Origin: Octopus sinensis
Lineage: Eukaryota
Direction: 5' to 3'
DNA length: 64,000 nt
NCBI RefSeq assembly: GCF_006345805.1
Contig: NC_042997.1
Span: 39,122,001 to 39,186,000 of the forward strand
In this document: positions 22,315 through 36,093 of the stretch, piece by piece
Layout: each line of letters begins with the position of its first letter
Position numbering within the stretch: the stretch's first letter is position 1
Position numbers and translations under genes: made by a program
Notes under the pieces: model-generated
Told to the model about the DNA's origin: nothing
Database searches by the model: none
The model's input: the letters and a program-made list of their open reading frames with translations, nothing else

Positions 22315-22560
22315 GTGGTGGTGGTGGTGGTGGCGGCAGCTGCTGTTGTTGTTAAGCAACAAGAGAGGTAAGGGTGATTAGGTGATGGTCTAGGGCTTAG
22401 GGGCGGGGAACCCTGGACCTTGGAAAAAAAAAAAACTTTGGTCATTTTGTTGTAGTCGAGGGCTCTTCGTTGACACCTGACACCACTGGGAGGTGGCCCT
22501 TGAAGTCGCTGGAAATGGAGATCTCCAGGTCCAAATTCTTGGACAGCTGCTGCTGCAGTC
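22315..22560. repeat. Unclassified dispersed repeat, copy 1, bracketed by trinucleotide runs
   Basis: Aligns directly with about 30460-30680. Confidence 0.8.
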
Positions 22561-22635
22561 TCAGACTGAATATTGGATTGAGTTTACCATCCAAGATTGA
22601 CGTGTTTTACATCATTCAGTGCATCACTTATTAAC

Positions 22636-22927
22636 ATTGGCACGTAAAAAGCACCATCCCATCGTGGCCGTTGCCAGCCTCGCCTGGCCCCCGTGCCGGT
22701 GGCATGTAAAAAGCACCATCCGTCCGTGGCCGTTTGCCAGCTCCATCTGGCATGTAAAAAGCACCCACTACACTCACGGAGTGGTTGGCGTTAGGAAGGG
22801 CATCCAGCCGTAGAAACACTGCCAGATCAGACTGGGCCTGGTGCAGCTTCCTGGCTTCCCAGACCCCAGTTGAACCGTCCAACCCATGCTAGCATGGAAA
22901 GCGGATACTAAATGATGATGATGATGA
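22636..22927 (+). mobile_element. SINE family B copy
   Basis: Tandem units, core and (GAT)n tail. Confidence 0.85.
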
Positions 22928-23075
22928 TTCCAGATATGATTTTATTTTTTTTTCAATCAGCTTTCCTATCTAGCATAGTGTTATATTTCCACGTTCTTCC
23001 CTTTGATGTTCCTCATAACAATATAACTACTGCCTTTATCTAAAATCTATTGGTTTTAACATATCTCTTTAATAT

Positions 23076-24864
23076 AAGCGCAGGAGTGGCTGTGTAGTAA
23101 GTAGCTTGCTAACCAACCACATGGTTCCGGGTTCAGTCCCACTGCGTGGCATCTTGGGCAAGTGTCTTCTACTATAGCCTCGGGCCGACCAAAGCCTTGT
23201 GAGTGGATTTGGTAGACGGAAACTGAAAGAAGCCCGTCGTATATATATGTGTGTGTTTGTGTGTCTGTGTGTCCCCCTAGCATTGCTTGACAACCGATGC
23301 TGGTGTGTTTACGTCCCCATCACTTAGCAGTTCGGCAAAAGAGACCGATAGAATAAGTACTGGGCTTCCAAAGAATAAGTCCCGGTGTCGAGTTGCTCGA
23401 CTAAAGGCGGTGCTCCAGCATGGCCGCAGTCAAATGACTGAAACAAGTAAAAGAGTAACACATGAAACATTACAGAACGTGAGATCTCTACTGAGACTGA
23501 ATAGAGCTTTTAAACTGGTATGAGCATAAATTTATATGTTTTATGCACAACAGTGTAAATCAAAGGTCTTCGCTGTGGGTGAAATTAGAATATAACTCTC
23601 TCTTTAATCTTTTACTTGTTTCAGTCATTTGACTGCAGCCATGCTGGAGCACTGCCTTTAGTCAAGCAAATCGAGCCCAGGACTTATTCTTTGGAAGCCT
23701 AGTACTTATTCTATCGGCCTCTTTTGCCAAACCGCTAAGTTACAGGGACGTAAACACACCAGCATTGGTTGTCAAGCGATGTTGGGGGACAAACACAGAC
23801 ACACAAACACATATACACACACACACATATATATACATAGATACGATGGGCTTCTTTTAGTTTCCTTCTACCAAATCCACTCACAAGGCTTTGGTCGGCC
23901 CAAGGCTATAGTAGAAGACACTCACCCAAGGTGCCATGCAGTGGGAATGAACCCAGAACCATGTGGTTGGTAAGCAAGCTACTTACCACACAGCCACTCC
24001 CACACTACAAATTTTTTCTTTGCTTTTTAGAAACAAGTCTAATTTCTATAAGATAGTATCAATTGCAAAACATCAGGTTTCTTTTTCCCTCACAAAATAC
24101 AAACTTATTGAAACTTGTCAAATTTGTATAATTTTTGCAGCAGACCGCCACCAATTGTCTCCATCTTTTTACATGAAGCGTGGTTATTTCTGAGAAAATC
24201 TAATATTCTACTCAATGATGTTATGAGCTGGATTGGTCAATCTGCACTAGGTTCCACTCTGATTTGGCATGGTTTCTATGGCTGGATGCCCTTCTTTACA
24301 CTCTAAGAGTGTAGTGGGTACTTTTTACATGCCACTGGCATGGGTGCCAGTTATGTAACACCAGCATCAGCCAAGACTATGATCTCACTTGACTTGATAG
24401 GTCTTCTCAAGCATGGTATATCACCAAAGGTCTCGGTCACTTGTCACTACCTCCATGAGTATATAACTCTCTTTTACTTGTTTCAGTCATTTGACTGCGG
24501 CCATGCTGGAGCATCGCCTTTAGTCGAGCAAATCGACCCCGGGACTTATTCTTTGTAAGCCCAGTACTTATTCTATCGGTCTCTTTTGCCGAACCGCTAA
24601 GTGATGGGGACGTAAACACACCAGCATCAGTTGTCAAGCAATGCTAGGGGGACAAACCCAGACACACAAACATATACACACACACTTATATATATATACA
24701 TATATACGACAGGCTTCTTTCAGTTTCCGTCTACCAAATCCACTCACAAGGCATTGGTCGGCCCGGGGCTATAGCAGAAGACACTTGCCCAAGATGCCAC
24801 GCAGTGGGACTGAACCCGCAACCATGTGGTTGGTTAGCAAGCTACTTACCACACAGCCACTCCT
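23076..24864. mobile_element. SINE family A cluster: about 23076-23458 (+), 23606-24002 (-), 24465-24864 (-), with an older family B remnant near 24250-24440
   Basis: Family A head, body and tail in both orientations. Confidence 0.88.
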
Positions 24865-25339
24865 GAAATATAAAAGATTGATTCAACAAAATATATCTAC
24901 CCTCTACAAATATTGGCCTTGTAAATCTAAGTCAAGAGAAATTCTCATTGATAGAGTAGTGTGAAAGAGGTTTCTGTTATTTTCTGTCAGATGAAGATTC
25001 CTTCTTTGACATAGAAAATTAGCCTTGAAAACTTCCCTCACTGAGACATGCCAAGCAATGAAGTCATCATCATCATCATCGTTTAACGTCCGCTTTCCAT
25101 GCTAGCATGGGTTGGACGATTTGACAGAGGTCTGGCAAACCAGTTGGTTGCACCTGGCTCCAATCTGATCTGGCAGAGTTTCTACAGCTGGATGCCCTTC
25201 CTAACACCAACCACTCCGAGAGTGTAGAAACTATTTATTATTCATCGAAAGTACCAATCATCATTATTGTTATGAGTATGAACTGGAAAAGTATCAGTAG
25301 TATACAGAATGGAGATCCACCTCAGAAAAGAACAAGATC

Positions 25340-25860
25340 CTGGTTAATAGTAACAACCAAAACACAGCATTCAAAATCATGGTAGTTGGAGAGAGACTTC
25401 ATGACGTGAACACCTTCAAGTGCCTAGGATCCACTTTGACTGAGGACGGCGGATCTCAAAAGGAGATAACAGCAAAACTCAGTTTAGCCTCAGCTGCCAT
25501 GACAAAGCTGAACAACATATGAAAAAGCAATTCCATTAGTTTTCCATCAAGACCCGGGTGACTTCAATCTTTCTGTATGGGTGTGAGAGCTGGACTGTGT
25601 CTGCAGACACAGAGTGAAGAATCCAAGCATTTGAGCAGAAGGCTGCTACACATTCTGTACACCGAACACTTTTGTCAGGCAGCAAGCTGGCAGACAGGAG
25701 TCACTCCTTGCACAGGTAAAACAACGAAAGCTTGCCTGGTACAGTCATGTACCCTGCCTAATTGGAGGACAAAAGAGTGGCAGAGAGAAAATCCTAGTTT
25801 CACAACATCAAAGACTGGATAGGTCACAACACAGAGACCATTGATTATGAAAGCATGTAG
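25340..25860 (+). mobile_element. RTE/BovB-type LINE 3' fragment, degenerate
   Basis: FKCLGSTLTEDGGSQKEITAKLSLASAAMTKL, FLYGCESWT and KQRKLAWYSHV resemble the RTE RT C-terminal region. Confidence 0.75.
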
Positions 25861-25995
25861 AATGGCACCCCAGCAATGAAGATGATGAACTGTAAATAAC
25901 TTGAATATAATTTCTATCTGACAAAAAAAAAAGGATTAACACTTGCAAAATGCCATTAACAAAGCAAAAATAAAAATTGCACGTAAGAAGGGATA

Positions 25996-26385
25996 TATTT
26001 CATTACTACCCACAAGGAGACAAACAAGGGCAGACATAGGTATTAAGTCGATTAAATCGACCCCAGTGCGTAACTGGTACTTAATTTATCGACCCCGAAA
26101 GGATGAAAGGCAAAGTCGACCTCGGCGGAATTTGAACTCAGAACGTAACGGCAGACGAAATACCTATTTCTTTACTACCCACAAGGGGCTAAACATACAG
26201 GGGACAAACAAGGGCAGACATAGGTATTAAGTCGATTACATCGACCCCAGTGCGTAACTGGTACTTAATTTATCGACCCCGAAAGGATGAAAGGTAAAGT
26301 CGACCTCGGCGGAATTTGAACTCGGAACGTAACGGCAGACGAAATACGGCTAAGCATTTCGCCCGGCGTGCTAACGTTTCTGCCA
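25996..26385 (-). mobile_element. SINE family C head-to-tail dimer
   Basis: A full monomer plus a 5'-truncated monomer; junction cagacgaaata|cctatttctttactacccacaagggg near 26162. Confidence 0.88.
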
Positions 26386-27275
26386 AAAAGGGATAGAACT
26401 GCAATGTTCCTGTAAAGTAATGTGAAAGTAGCTTCCCTTGGAATATTTAAAATATTTGTTTTCTCTACAAGAAATGTTTTTGACGTCACCATGCTTGGCG
26501 TTTTTTATTTTTCGTTTAATATTTTTTTTTTAATGAATTAACGGAAAGCTTGAGTGTTACTTCTTGTTAACAAAGAGTATTACCAGAAGACACTGATCGA
26601 TAGAAATAATCGGCGAATCTGATCTTCAAATCAGTTTACTATATTTATCTTAAAACTTTATTTTCATACAAGCCTCATCTATTCTTTGCGCTATCGACCT
26701 TTAGCTTTGAACGAAAAGTATATGGTAGGCTATCCTGATTTCTTCTTTTATTTCAGTTTTTTGCTGGTTTTGGGGGAGTTTTTTCCTTTCAACTTCCTTT
26801 TCAAGAAGAATTTTCTTAGTATTTGAGAAGTTTTTGTTACATAACATTCAAAATTGCTCTTCAATTTGCATCGCTGGAAGATCATATATATATATATATA
26901 TATATTAGATCACTGGAGACAAAAATACACCCACACACACAGAGAAACGGGGAGGGGAAAAACAGAAGCTAAAAAGGAAACGGAAAGTAGATAAAGTTCC
27001 AGAGAGGGAGTGAGATAAGAGAAAGAGTAAAAGTAGGTGAGAGCTACATACAAAATAAAAAAACATTCGAATTTCATCAAAGAACAAAACACTTAGAGAG
27101 AGTATATCAAAGAAGAAAAACAGTAACAAGACTTGAAGGACCTGAACTAACTTCGGAAAACAACAAAGATGGTAAAAAAACATCAGAGAAGATCGGAATG
27201 TGTGGAAATAAAGAGAGAGAAAGAGAGAAAGCTCTAGCAAAATGCCTTACAACTAATTTGTGTGTTCATGTATTC

Positions 27276-27312
<37 letters not shown>

Positions 27313-27315
<3 letters not shown>

Positions 27316-28316
27316 CGCAGGAGTGGCTGTGTGGTAAGTAGGTTGTTTACTAACCACATGGTTCCGGGTTCAGTCCCACTGCGTGGTACCTTGGGCAAAT
27401 GTCTTCTGCTAAAGCCTCCGGCCGACCATAACCTTCTGAGTGGATTTGGTAGACGGAAACTGAAAGAAGCCCGTCGTATATATGTGTGTGTTTGTGTGTC
27501 TGTGTTTGTCCCCCTAGCATTGCTTGACAACTGATGCTGGTGTGTTTATGTCCCCGTTACTTAGCGATAGAGACCGATAGAATAAGTACTGGGCTTACAA
27601 AGAATAATCGAGCTGCTCGATTAAAGGCGGTGCACCAGCATGGCCGCAGTCAAAATGATTGAAACAAGTAAAAAGAGATATACACACACATATTATATAT
27701 ATATATATATATATATATGTAGCCCGCTACTTCAGTAGGTTGAGCGCAAGACTCTTAATCTTGGGGATCAAGGATCCTAGCTCCGTGTTGGGTACTTTTT
27801 TCTGGTTCTTTATGTTCTGGATTCAAATTCTGCCGAGGTCGACTTTGCCTTTCAACCTTTCGAGGTCGCTAAAACAAGGTCGACGTGATCGACTTGCCTA
27901 CCCGCTTAAAACTGCTGGCCTTGTACCAAAATGTGAAACCATTTATACATAGGCGCAGGAGTGGCTGTGTGGTAAGTAGCTTGCTAACCAACCACATGGT
28001 TCCGGGTTCAGTCCCACTGCGTGGCATCTTGGACAAGTGTCTTCTGCTATAGACCCGGGCCGACCAATGCCTTGTGAGTGGATTTGGTAGACGGAAACTG
28101 AAAGAAGCCTGTCGTATATATGTATATATATATTTATATATATATTTCTATGTGTGCGTGTATGTTTGTGTGTCTGTGTTTGTCCTCCTAGCATTGTTTA
28201 TGTCCCCGTTACAAAAGAGACCGATAGAATAAGTACTGGGCTTACAAACAATAAGTCCCGGGGTCGATTTGCTCCAGCATGGCCGCAGTCAAATGACTGA
28301 AACAAGTAAAAGAGTA
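27313..28316 (+). mobile_element. Two SINE family A copies (about 27313-27676 and 27950-28316) with an old SINE C between them
   Basis: Family-diagnostic sequences. Confidence 0.85.
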
Positions 28317-28745
28317 TAGACAATATACTTAAACATTTAAATATATCTTGAAGATTCGATGCAAATTACTACAATCTTCACAGAGAATGTCTTTATTATG
28401 ATTATGCATCGTGTGCTTACCCAACATTCTGAAACGGGCGGCGATGGAACCAGGAATTTTGTAATCACATCGTATGTTTCTACAGTAATTTGTATCTTGA
28501 AACAAGAAAAATGTAAAAAAAGAATAAGAATTACGATGTTCCAGTGCAGAATATGAAAGTTGTCTCCCTTGGAAGGCTTTAACGCGCTTCGGTCCCAAGA
28601 AGGGTTTTGACATCAACGATGTGCTTTTATGAATTAAAGGAGAGAACAAAAAATTATGTGCTGTATAAATATATCGATGGATTCCTGAAGAATTTGCTTT
28701 AATGCATAACAGTCATTATGGACTGGATGGATACACACAGATCAA

Positions 28746-30070
<1,325 letters not shown>

Positions 30071-30402
30071 GGGTACAGGACGTCACAAAACGGGGACACC
30101 ACCAGCCAATGGTTGTTCTGTGTGTTCATCACCTGTTCATACTGAAGTTTCTGGTGCAAATGCCAAGTAGTACAGCATGTCGTTTCCAAATTTCTGGCAG
30201 AGTGAATTGCATCATGGTGCTGTTTTTCTCACAAACGGTGCCCAACTGACCTTACCATACTGTGTAGTCGACAAAATCAAAAACAAACGATGCACATGCG
30301 CAAAATTATAAATATGAAATGGTGACAATTTGCCCATGGTACCCTGTATATATCCTCCAAGACATTGCTGGCCTTGAGCCAAAATTATTGATATTGTTGC
30401 TT

Positions 30403-30732
30403 GTCGGTGGTTGTTATTGTTGTTGGTGGTGGTCGTTGTTCTTGGTTGTTGATAATTGTTGTTGCTGCTGTTGTCGTTAAGTAACAAGACAGGTAAGGGT
30501 GATTATGTGATGGTCTAGGGCTTAGGGGCAGGAGACCCCAGACCTTGGGGGAAAAAGAAAGACTTTGGTCGTCTTGTAGTCGACGGCTCTTCATTGATGC
30601 CCGGCACCACTGGGAGGTGGCCCTCAAAGTCACTGGAAATGGAGATCTCCAGATCCAAATTCTTGAACGGCTGCTGCTGCTACTTCTGTTGTTGTTGTTG
30701 TTATTATTAGTTGTTGCTCTTGTTGTTGTTGC
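30403..30732. repeat. Unclassified dispersed repeat, copy 2, flanked by (GTT)/(GCT) runs
   Basis: Aligns with 22315-22560. Confidence 0.8.
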
Positions 30733-31149
30733 TAAGGCAAGCAAGCTGACAGGATCATTGGAGTGCCAGACAGTATGCCTTGCTGTATTTTTCTGATACT
30801 TCTCCTTTTCCTTTCCTCCCTCCTGCATACACAGATTAGCACTGGGCCCCAGGGTAAACTGTTCTACACACCCATACCTTATGACAACCTCTACTATTTG
30901 TTGAAATTGTAACTACATTGATGGTCAGTCATTTTAACCTTTAAAACCACACAAAATACTGTTGTATTCATTTTCACTTCCCAGCTACATGGCTTCAGGT
31001 TCAATCCCTCTGCATAGCATCTTGGGCAAGGGTCTTCTATCATAGCTCCAGATTGATCAAAACCTTGTGAGTGTATTTGGTCATACAGGAAGGTTTTACA
31101 CCCAATGACCAGTGCTACTGTATCGTCATAAACTGTTACAAGGGCAACA

Positions 31150-32653
31150 AAGATGTTCAAGAGAGAGACAAAACTCCAGAGGCAACAAACTGTTGGACAA
31201 GGATATGAAAATTACTGTAAAAGTTATTGTAAACCTGATCAAGGGTAGTTTTAGACTGGATGAGATGTAGTTCTGCTTTGTCCCAAAGAGAGGTACCAGT
31301 CATGCCATATTCTTGGATGGAAGCACTCCGTCGGTTACTACGATGAGGGTTCCGGTTGATCCGAATCAACGGAACAGCCTGCTTGTGAAATTAACATGTA
31401 AGTGGCTGAGCACTCCACAGACACGTGCACCCATAACGTAGTTCTCGGGGATATTCAGCGTGACATAGAGAGTGACAAGGCTGGCCCCTTGAAATACAGG
31501 TACAACAGAAACAGGAAGTAAGAGTGAGAGAAAGTTGTGGTGAAAGAGTACAGCAGGGATCACCACCATCCCCTGCCGGAGCCTCGTGGAACTTTTAGGT
31601 GTTTTCGCTCAATAAACACTCACAACGCCTGGTCTGGGAATCGAAACCGCGATCCTATGACCACGAGTTCGCTGCCCTAACCACTGGGCCATTGTGCCTC
31701 CTGCCATATTCTTAGTGAGTCAACTTCCAAAGAAGAAAATAACTTGCTGTATTTTCCTATGCCTACATTCATCAGTCTGGAGAAGGCCTTTGACAGAGTC
31801 CCTTGCACTATGATTTGGTGGTTGCTAAGAAAACTAGAAGTAGATGAATGGTTTGTGAGGAGCAGTCATCAAAGTGAGTGGGTAATGAACTCAGTGATGA
31901 ATCTATCATGCAGATGGGAGTTGATTAGGGCTCAGTTCTCAGACTCCTGATTATTGTAATCTTCCCAGCCATAACAGAATTTAAGACCAGCTACCCTTGG
32001 GAACTCCTGTATACTGAGACTTAGCACATTCAGCAGAATCTAGTGAAACTGGAGCAGAAGTTCCAAATAAGGATGCAAAATCTGGAATTGAAGGACCTTT
32101 AAGTAAACTTAACAAAAGCAAAAATTTAGTAAGTGGTAAGGAGAATAGGACCCTTATAGCATGAGGTAAAATGGTCATGCTTCATCTGCCAAAATGAAGT
32201 TCATTGGAATTTTATAAGGTGCACCCAGTGTAAACAACAGACACACAAGAAGTGTAGTGGGATAACAGACAGGTTATTAATGGAAGAAGGCTTCATATCT
32301 CAAAGGTACACCAGAGCAGTAAACACTAAGAGTGCTGGGGAATTAGATTCCCTCAGATGTTCAGACGGCTACCTAGAAGTAGTTGATAGCTTTTGTTACC
32401 CAGGGAACTTAATTAGTAGTGGGGGTAAGTGTTCCAAAAGTGTGATAACTAAAATAAGAACAAGTTGGGGAAGTTCAAGGATCTCTTACTTTAATGACAA
32501 CAAAGGGTTTCTCCCTCAAACTCAAATGAAGACTATATATATGCTATTATGCAAAGTGCACTGCTATACAACAATGAGACGTGGTTCTTGAATGAAAAGT
32601 AAGAAGAAATTAGGTGAGCAAGCAGTGTTAGATTATGCCATATTAGAGTGCAG

Positions 32654-32702
<49 letters not shown>

Positions 32703-33230
32703 GTTTAACGTCCGTTTTCCGCGCTAGCACGGGTTGGACGGTTCGATCGGGGTCTGGGAAGCCAGGGGCTGCACCAGGCTCCAGTCTGATCTGGCAGAGT
32801 TTCTACAGCTGGATGCCCTTCCTAACGCCAACCACTCCGTGAGTGTAGTGGGTGCTTTTTACGTGCCACCTGCACAGGTGCCAGAGGGGTCCGGCATCAG
32901 CCACGATCAGTTGGAGCTTTTAACGTGCCACCGGCACGGAAGCCAGCCAAGGCGGCACTGGCAACGGCCAATGTTAAAGTATAAAAGAAGTTAGAGATAA
33001 AGTGGGTATAAGAGGAATCATATGAAGTGCAAGAGAGGAGACTATGTTGGTTTAGGCAGGTGATGTGAATGGGGGATGACAGCTGCATTAAGAAGTGCTG
33101 AGTGCTCAAAGCTGACGGCTGTGGAAGAAGTAGACCTATGGAAGCATAGGAGAAAGTGGTAAAAAGTGATCTCAAGATTCTGAGTCTCTCAAAAGAGGTG
33201 CCAAGTGACTGTGACAATTGGTTATATTAC
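31150..33230 (+). mobile_element. RTE-X-like LINE, degenerate RT to 3' region, interrupted by two SINEs
   Basis: KLLDKDMKIT...EM*FCFVPKRGTSHAIFLV, FISLEKAFDRVP, LEVVDSFCYPGNLISSGG and ERRLCWF-like segments. SINEs lie at 31315-31701 and about 32655-32970. Confidence 0.82.
31315..31701 (-). mobile_element. tRNA-headed SINE (family D-related) with 12-bp TSD
   Basis: TSD tgccatattctt at 31303-31314 and 31702-31713. Removal restores the RT peptide GTSHAIFLV. Confidence 0.92.
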
Positions 33231-33231
33231 A

Positions 33232-33457
33232 TGAGCTGGCAGAATCGTTAGCACATCGGGCGAAAAGCTTTGCCATATTTCGTCTGCCGTTACGTTCTGA
33301 GTTCAAATTCCGCCAAGGTCGACTTTGCCTTTCATCCTTTCGGGGTCGATAAATAAAGTTCCAGTTACGCACTGGGGTCGATGTAATCGACTTAATACCT
33401 TTGTCTGTCCTTGTTTGTCCTCTCTGTGTTTAGCCCCTTGTGGGCAATAAAGAAATA
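33232..33457 (+). mobile_element. SINE family C copy
   Basis: gagctggcagaatcgttagc...gccccttgtgggcaataaagaaa. Confidence 0.88.
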
Positions 33458-34629
33458 TATATTACATGTTGAGGCAAACATGGCAGAGAGAATGCTAATA
33501 AGGGGAGTGTTTGAGTTGCTCTTGTTGCATCAACCTACTGCTTCCTTCTTGCCCTTAATTGCATTCATCCCCAACTCTCTCCCTACTTCTATAATTCCCT
33601 TCAATCTGAATTTTCTCTCACTGTTTTGGCTGCACTCACCTATTGTTCCCCCACCCCCACATCTTTTTCTCTCACCATCACAGCTTCCCTATCAACACTC
33701 GCAACATCTCTCACCATCCTCCTCACAGCTGCTCTACCATCTCAACACTCATCTCTCCCTCTCAGCTACTCCGCATGACACTGCCACTCCTCTCTTAATC
33801 TCGAATGCCCCTCTCTCCTCAGCTTCTCCAAATACTTGTCCTCATCTCTTTTTCCATATCTCATGCTCCCCCACACACACACACACACTTACCTTCACTC
33901 CCAAGTTACCTCTTTAACATGAGATAGCACTGGATACACTTACACTCCCATTTGATCAGCCTCAACTATAACTTTCTCTCTTTCCCTAAAGCTACTTCAT
34001 CTCTTGACCCCAACCTTTCCCTACTCCCCTACCTACTGTCACTACTTTGTTACGCTCTTTCTACCATTACTCCCTCAACAATAAATCTATTCTTCTCATC
34101 ACCTTGCCTTAAAATCTTCACCCTTTGATATTCTTTCTGTTGTAACAATTCCTTAGTCTTGCCAGTGATAAGGCAACCTAAGAGCTGGGGATATAAAATG
34201 TCCTCTCCCTCTCTCCCTCCCCCACTCTCTCTGTATCAAAATATCTGATGAAATGGAGTGGTTATGTAACACTACAAATTTATGTAATCTTATCTTGTAT
34301 GTTATGTAACAGACTTCATACTTAGGAATAAACCACTTTGTTGAAACATGTGTAGTGATGCTTTGAACTATTGATTTATTTTTATTTACCAAATGATACC
34401 AATTGTACATTTGGTACATACATGGATTTTCAGGATACCTGGGACCAATAAACAACCATTTAACTCTTTGTGGAATCCTGTACTAACCAGCTGAATCATT
34501 TGGAATACTTTCTTTCAAAGTAATCTGCTTAGCCAAAGATACACTGAGGTGCTTCTCAGTTAATTTGCCAAAATCTCTGTGATATCTTCTGAATTATGAG
34601 GTGGTATCAAAAATAACTTCTTTACATAA

Positions 34630-34870
34630 GTTTTAACTTCATCTCCTTTGAAATAGTCGCCTTGCACAATATTACACCGGTCCCAGCATTCTTTCACTTT
34701 TGGAACCTGGCCTGGAAGTCGTTTTCCATAAGCGAGTCAAGGATCTTCTGCGATTCTTGATCTTGACATTGGTGTTAAAACGGCAACCTTTGAGCTGCAT
34801 TTTCATCTTCAGGAAGAGATGAAAGTCTGCAGATGCTAAATCTGACGAATGGGGCATTACACATCTAGTG
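34630..34870 (-). mobile_element. Mariner transposase C-terminal fragment
   Basis: PHSSDLASADFHLFLKMKMQLKGCRF resembles the mariner motif PYSPDLAPxDFxLFxxLK...LxGxRF. Confidence 0.75.
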
Positions 34871-35514
34871 GAGCATACTGGCTTCATTCCTTGTGAGCTT
34901 ACGTATGTACTCAGCAGTCATGGCCCATGTTTCATTGCCATGTAGCATGGCCGTTCATACACATACATCTTACAGTTTATATATATATATGAATGATATT
35001 ATCATCATCATCATTTAATTTCTGTCTTCCATACTGACATGGGTTGAACAGTTTCACAGAATTTAACAGGCTAGAAGACCATCATGCTCCAATGCCTGCT
35101 TTGGCTTGATTTCAATGGCTGGATGTCTGCTTCCCTAAAGCCAACCACATTGCAGTGCATACTGGGTGTCATTTTTGCAATTATATAGAAAGGAACAAAG
35201 CTGGGCACAATATTTTCTACAAAGCATTGCTCATTTTAGACAGTGCACCAAACCACTCAGTTGGTTATCATTTTGATAATGTAAGAGTGGAATATTCACC
35301 CAAAACAGCTTCTTTGTTCCAGTTGATGAATCAAGGCTTAATAATTAACTACAAGGTATATTATCTAAGAACCTTGAAACAACTTGTAAAGCAACTGAAG
35401 AGGAGGATATCCCCATAGATTGGGTCTTTTTGAAAAAATTCCAACATTATGGATACCTTCAGTTAGAAACAGAGTTTAGAAAGAAGTATAGCAAAATATT
35501 ATTATACCAGTAAA

Positions 35515-35787
35515 AGCAATTGCCCCAGCTCCCCTTCAGGGTTGGCGAAAACGATGTGGTGGACAACGAAAAACCTGGCTGATGACAGTCAAGGCTGATC
35601 TGGAACCCAACCTAGGCCCCCATATCTACGGCGTTCGCCACTGGAATAAGGAGTGGTTGGAGACTATGCGGTCATTAGCCTCAAATCGCCAGGCCTGGTC
35701 GGCGTTTGTGAGAGATGCAGCATTGAGGATGAATGAAGCCAGCTCAACCCACCCCGGGTGAATGCTGTCTCAAGACAAAAAGAAAGG
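35515..35787 (+). mobile_element. 5'-truncated RTE LINE 3' end with 11-bp TSD
   Basis: TSD ataccagtaaa at 35504-35514 and 35788-35798. Peptide KTWLMTVKADLEPNLGPHIYG...RQAWSAFVRDAALRMNEASSTHPG*. Confidence 0.9.
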
Positions 35788-36093
35788 ATACCAGTAAAGG
35801 ATTCAGGGATTGAAGAAGTTGTACATGATGTGGTAAAGTAGCTAGGGTCCCATTGAGAATGAGGAGCTGATGTGGTTAGATCAAGGGCAAGCTGCAGGAC
35901 AAGAAGATATAGAAACCCCACCTACCACTTCAGATGTTGCAAAGAATATGGCTATGGAGTTGGCATGGCACTTCCATTAGAAGGTTTGCATATCTTGGCA
36001 AACACGGCTGATCCTAATCATGAACATAACAAAAGAATTACAAGAGTTCATAATGAGCTCAGTTCCCACACTGAGCTGTACAAAGAGATGGTG

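Noticed and set aside
22400-22545. Coding constraint in the unclassified repeat (apparent synonymous bias between the two copies)
   Set aside because: Most differences are CpG transitions, which explain the pattern without selection on a protein.
28575-28610. Twister ribozyme suggested by GGTCCCAAG
   Set aside because: The flanking P1/P2/P4 pairings and pseudoknot partners could not be built.
33411-33917. 168-aa ORF rich in L/S/P/H
   Set aside because: It is the CT-rich antisense strand of what looks like a decayed LINE endonuclease region and starts inside a SINE.
34245-35585. Hammerhead cores at CTGATGA (34245 and 35579)
   Set aside because: No stem II followed by GAAA. The second site is simply RTE coding sequence.
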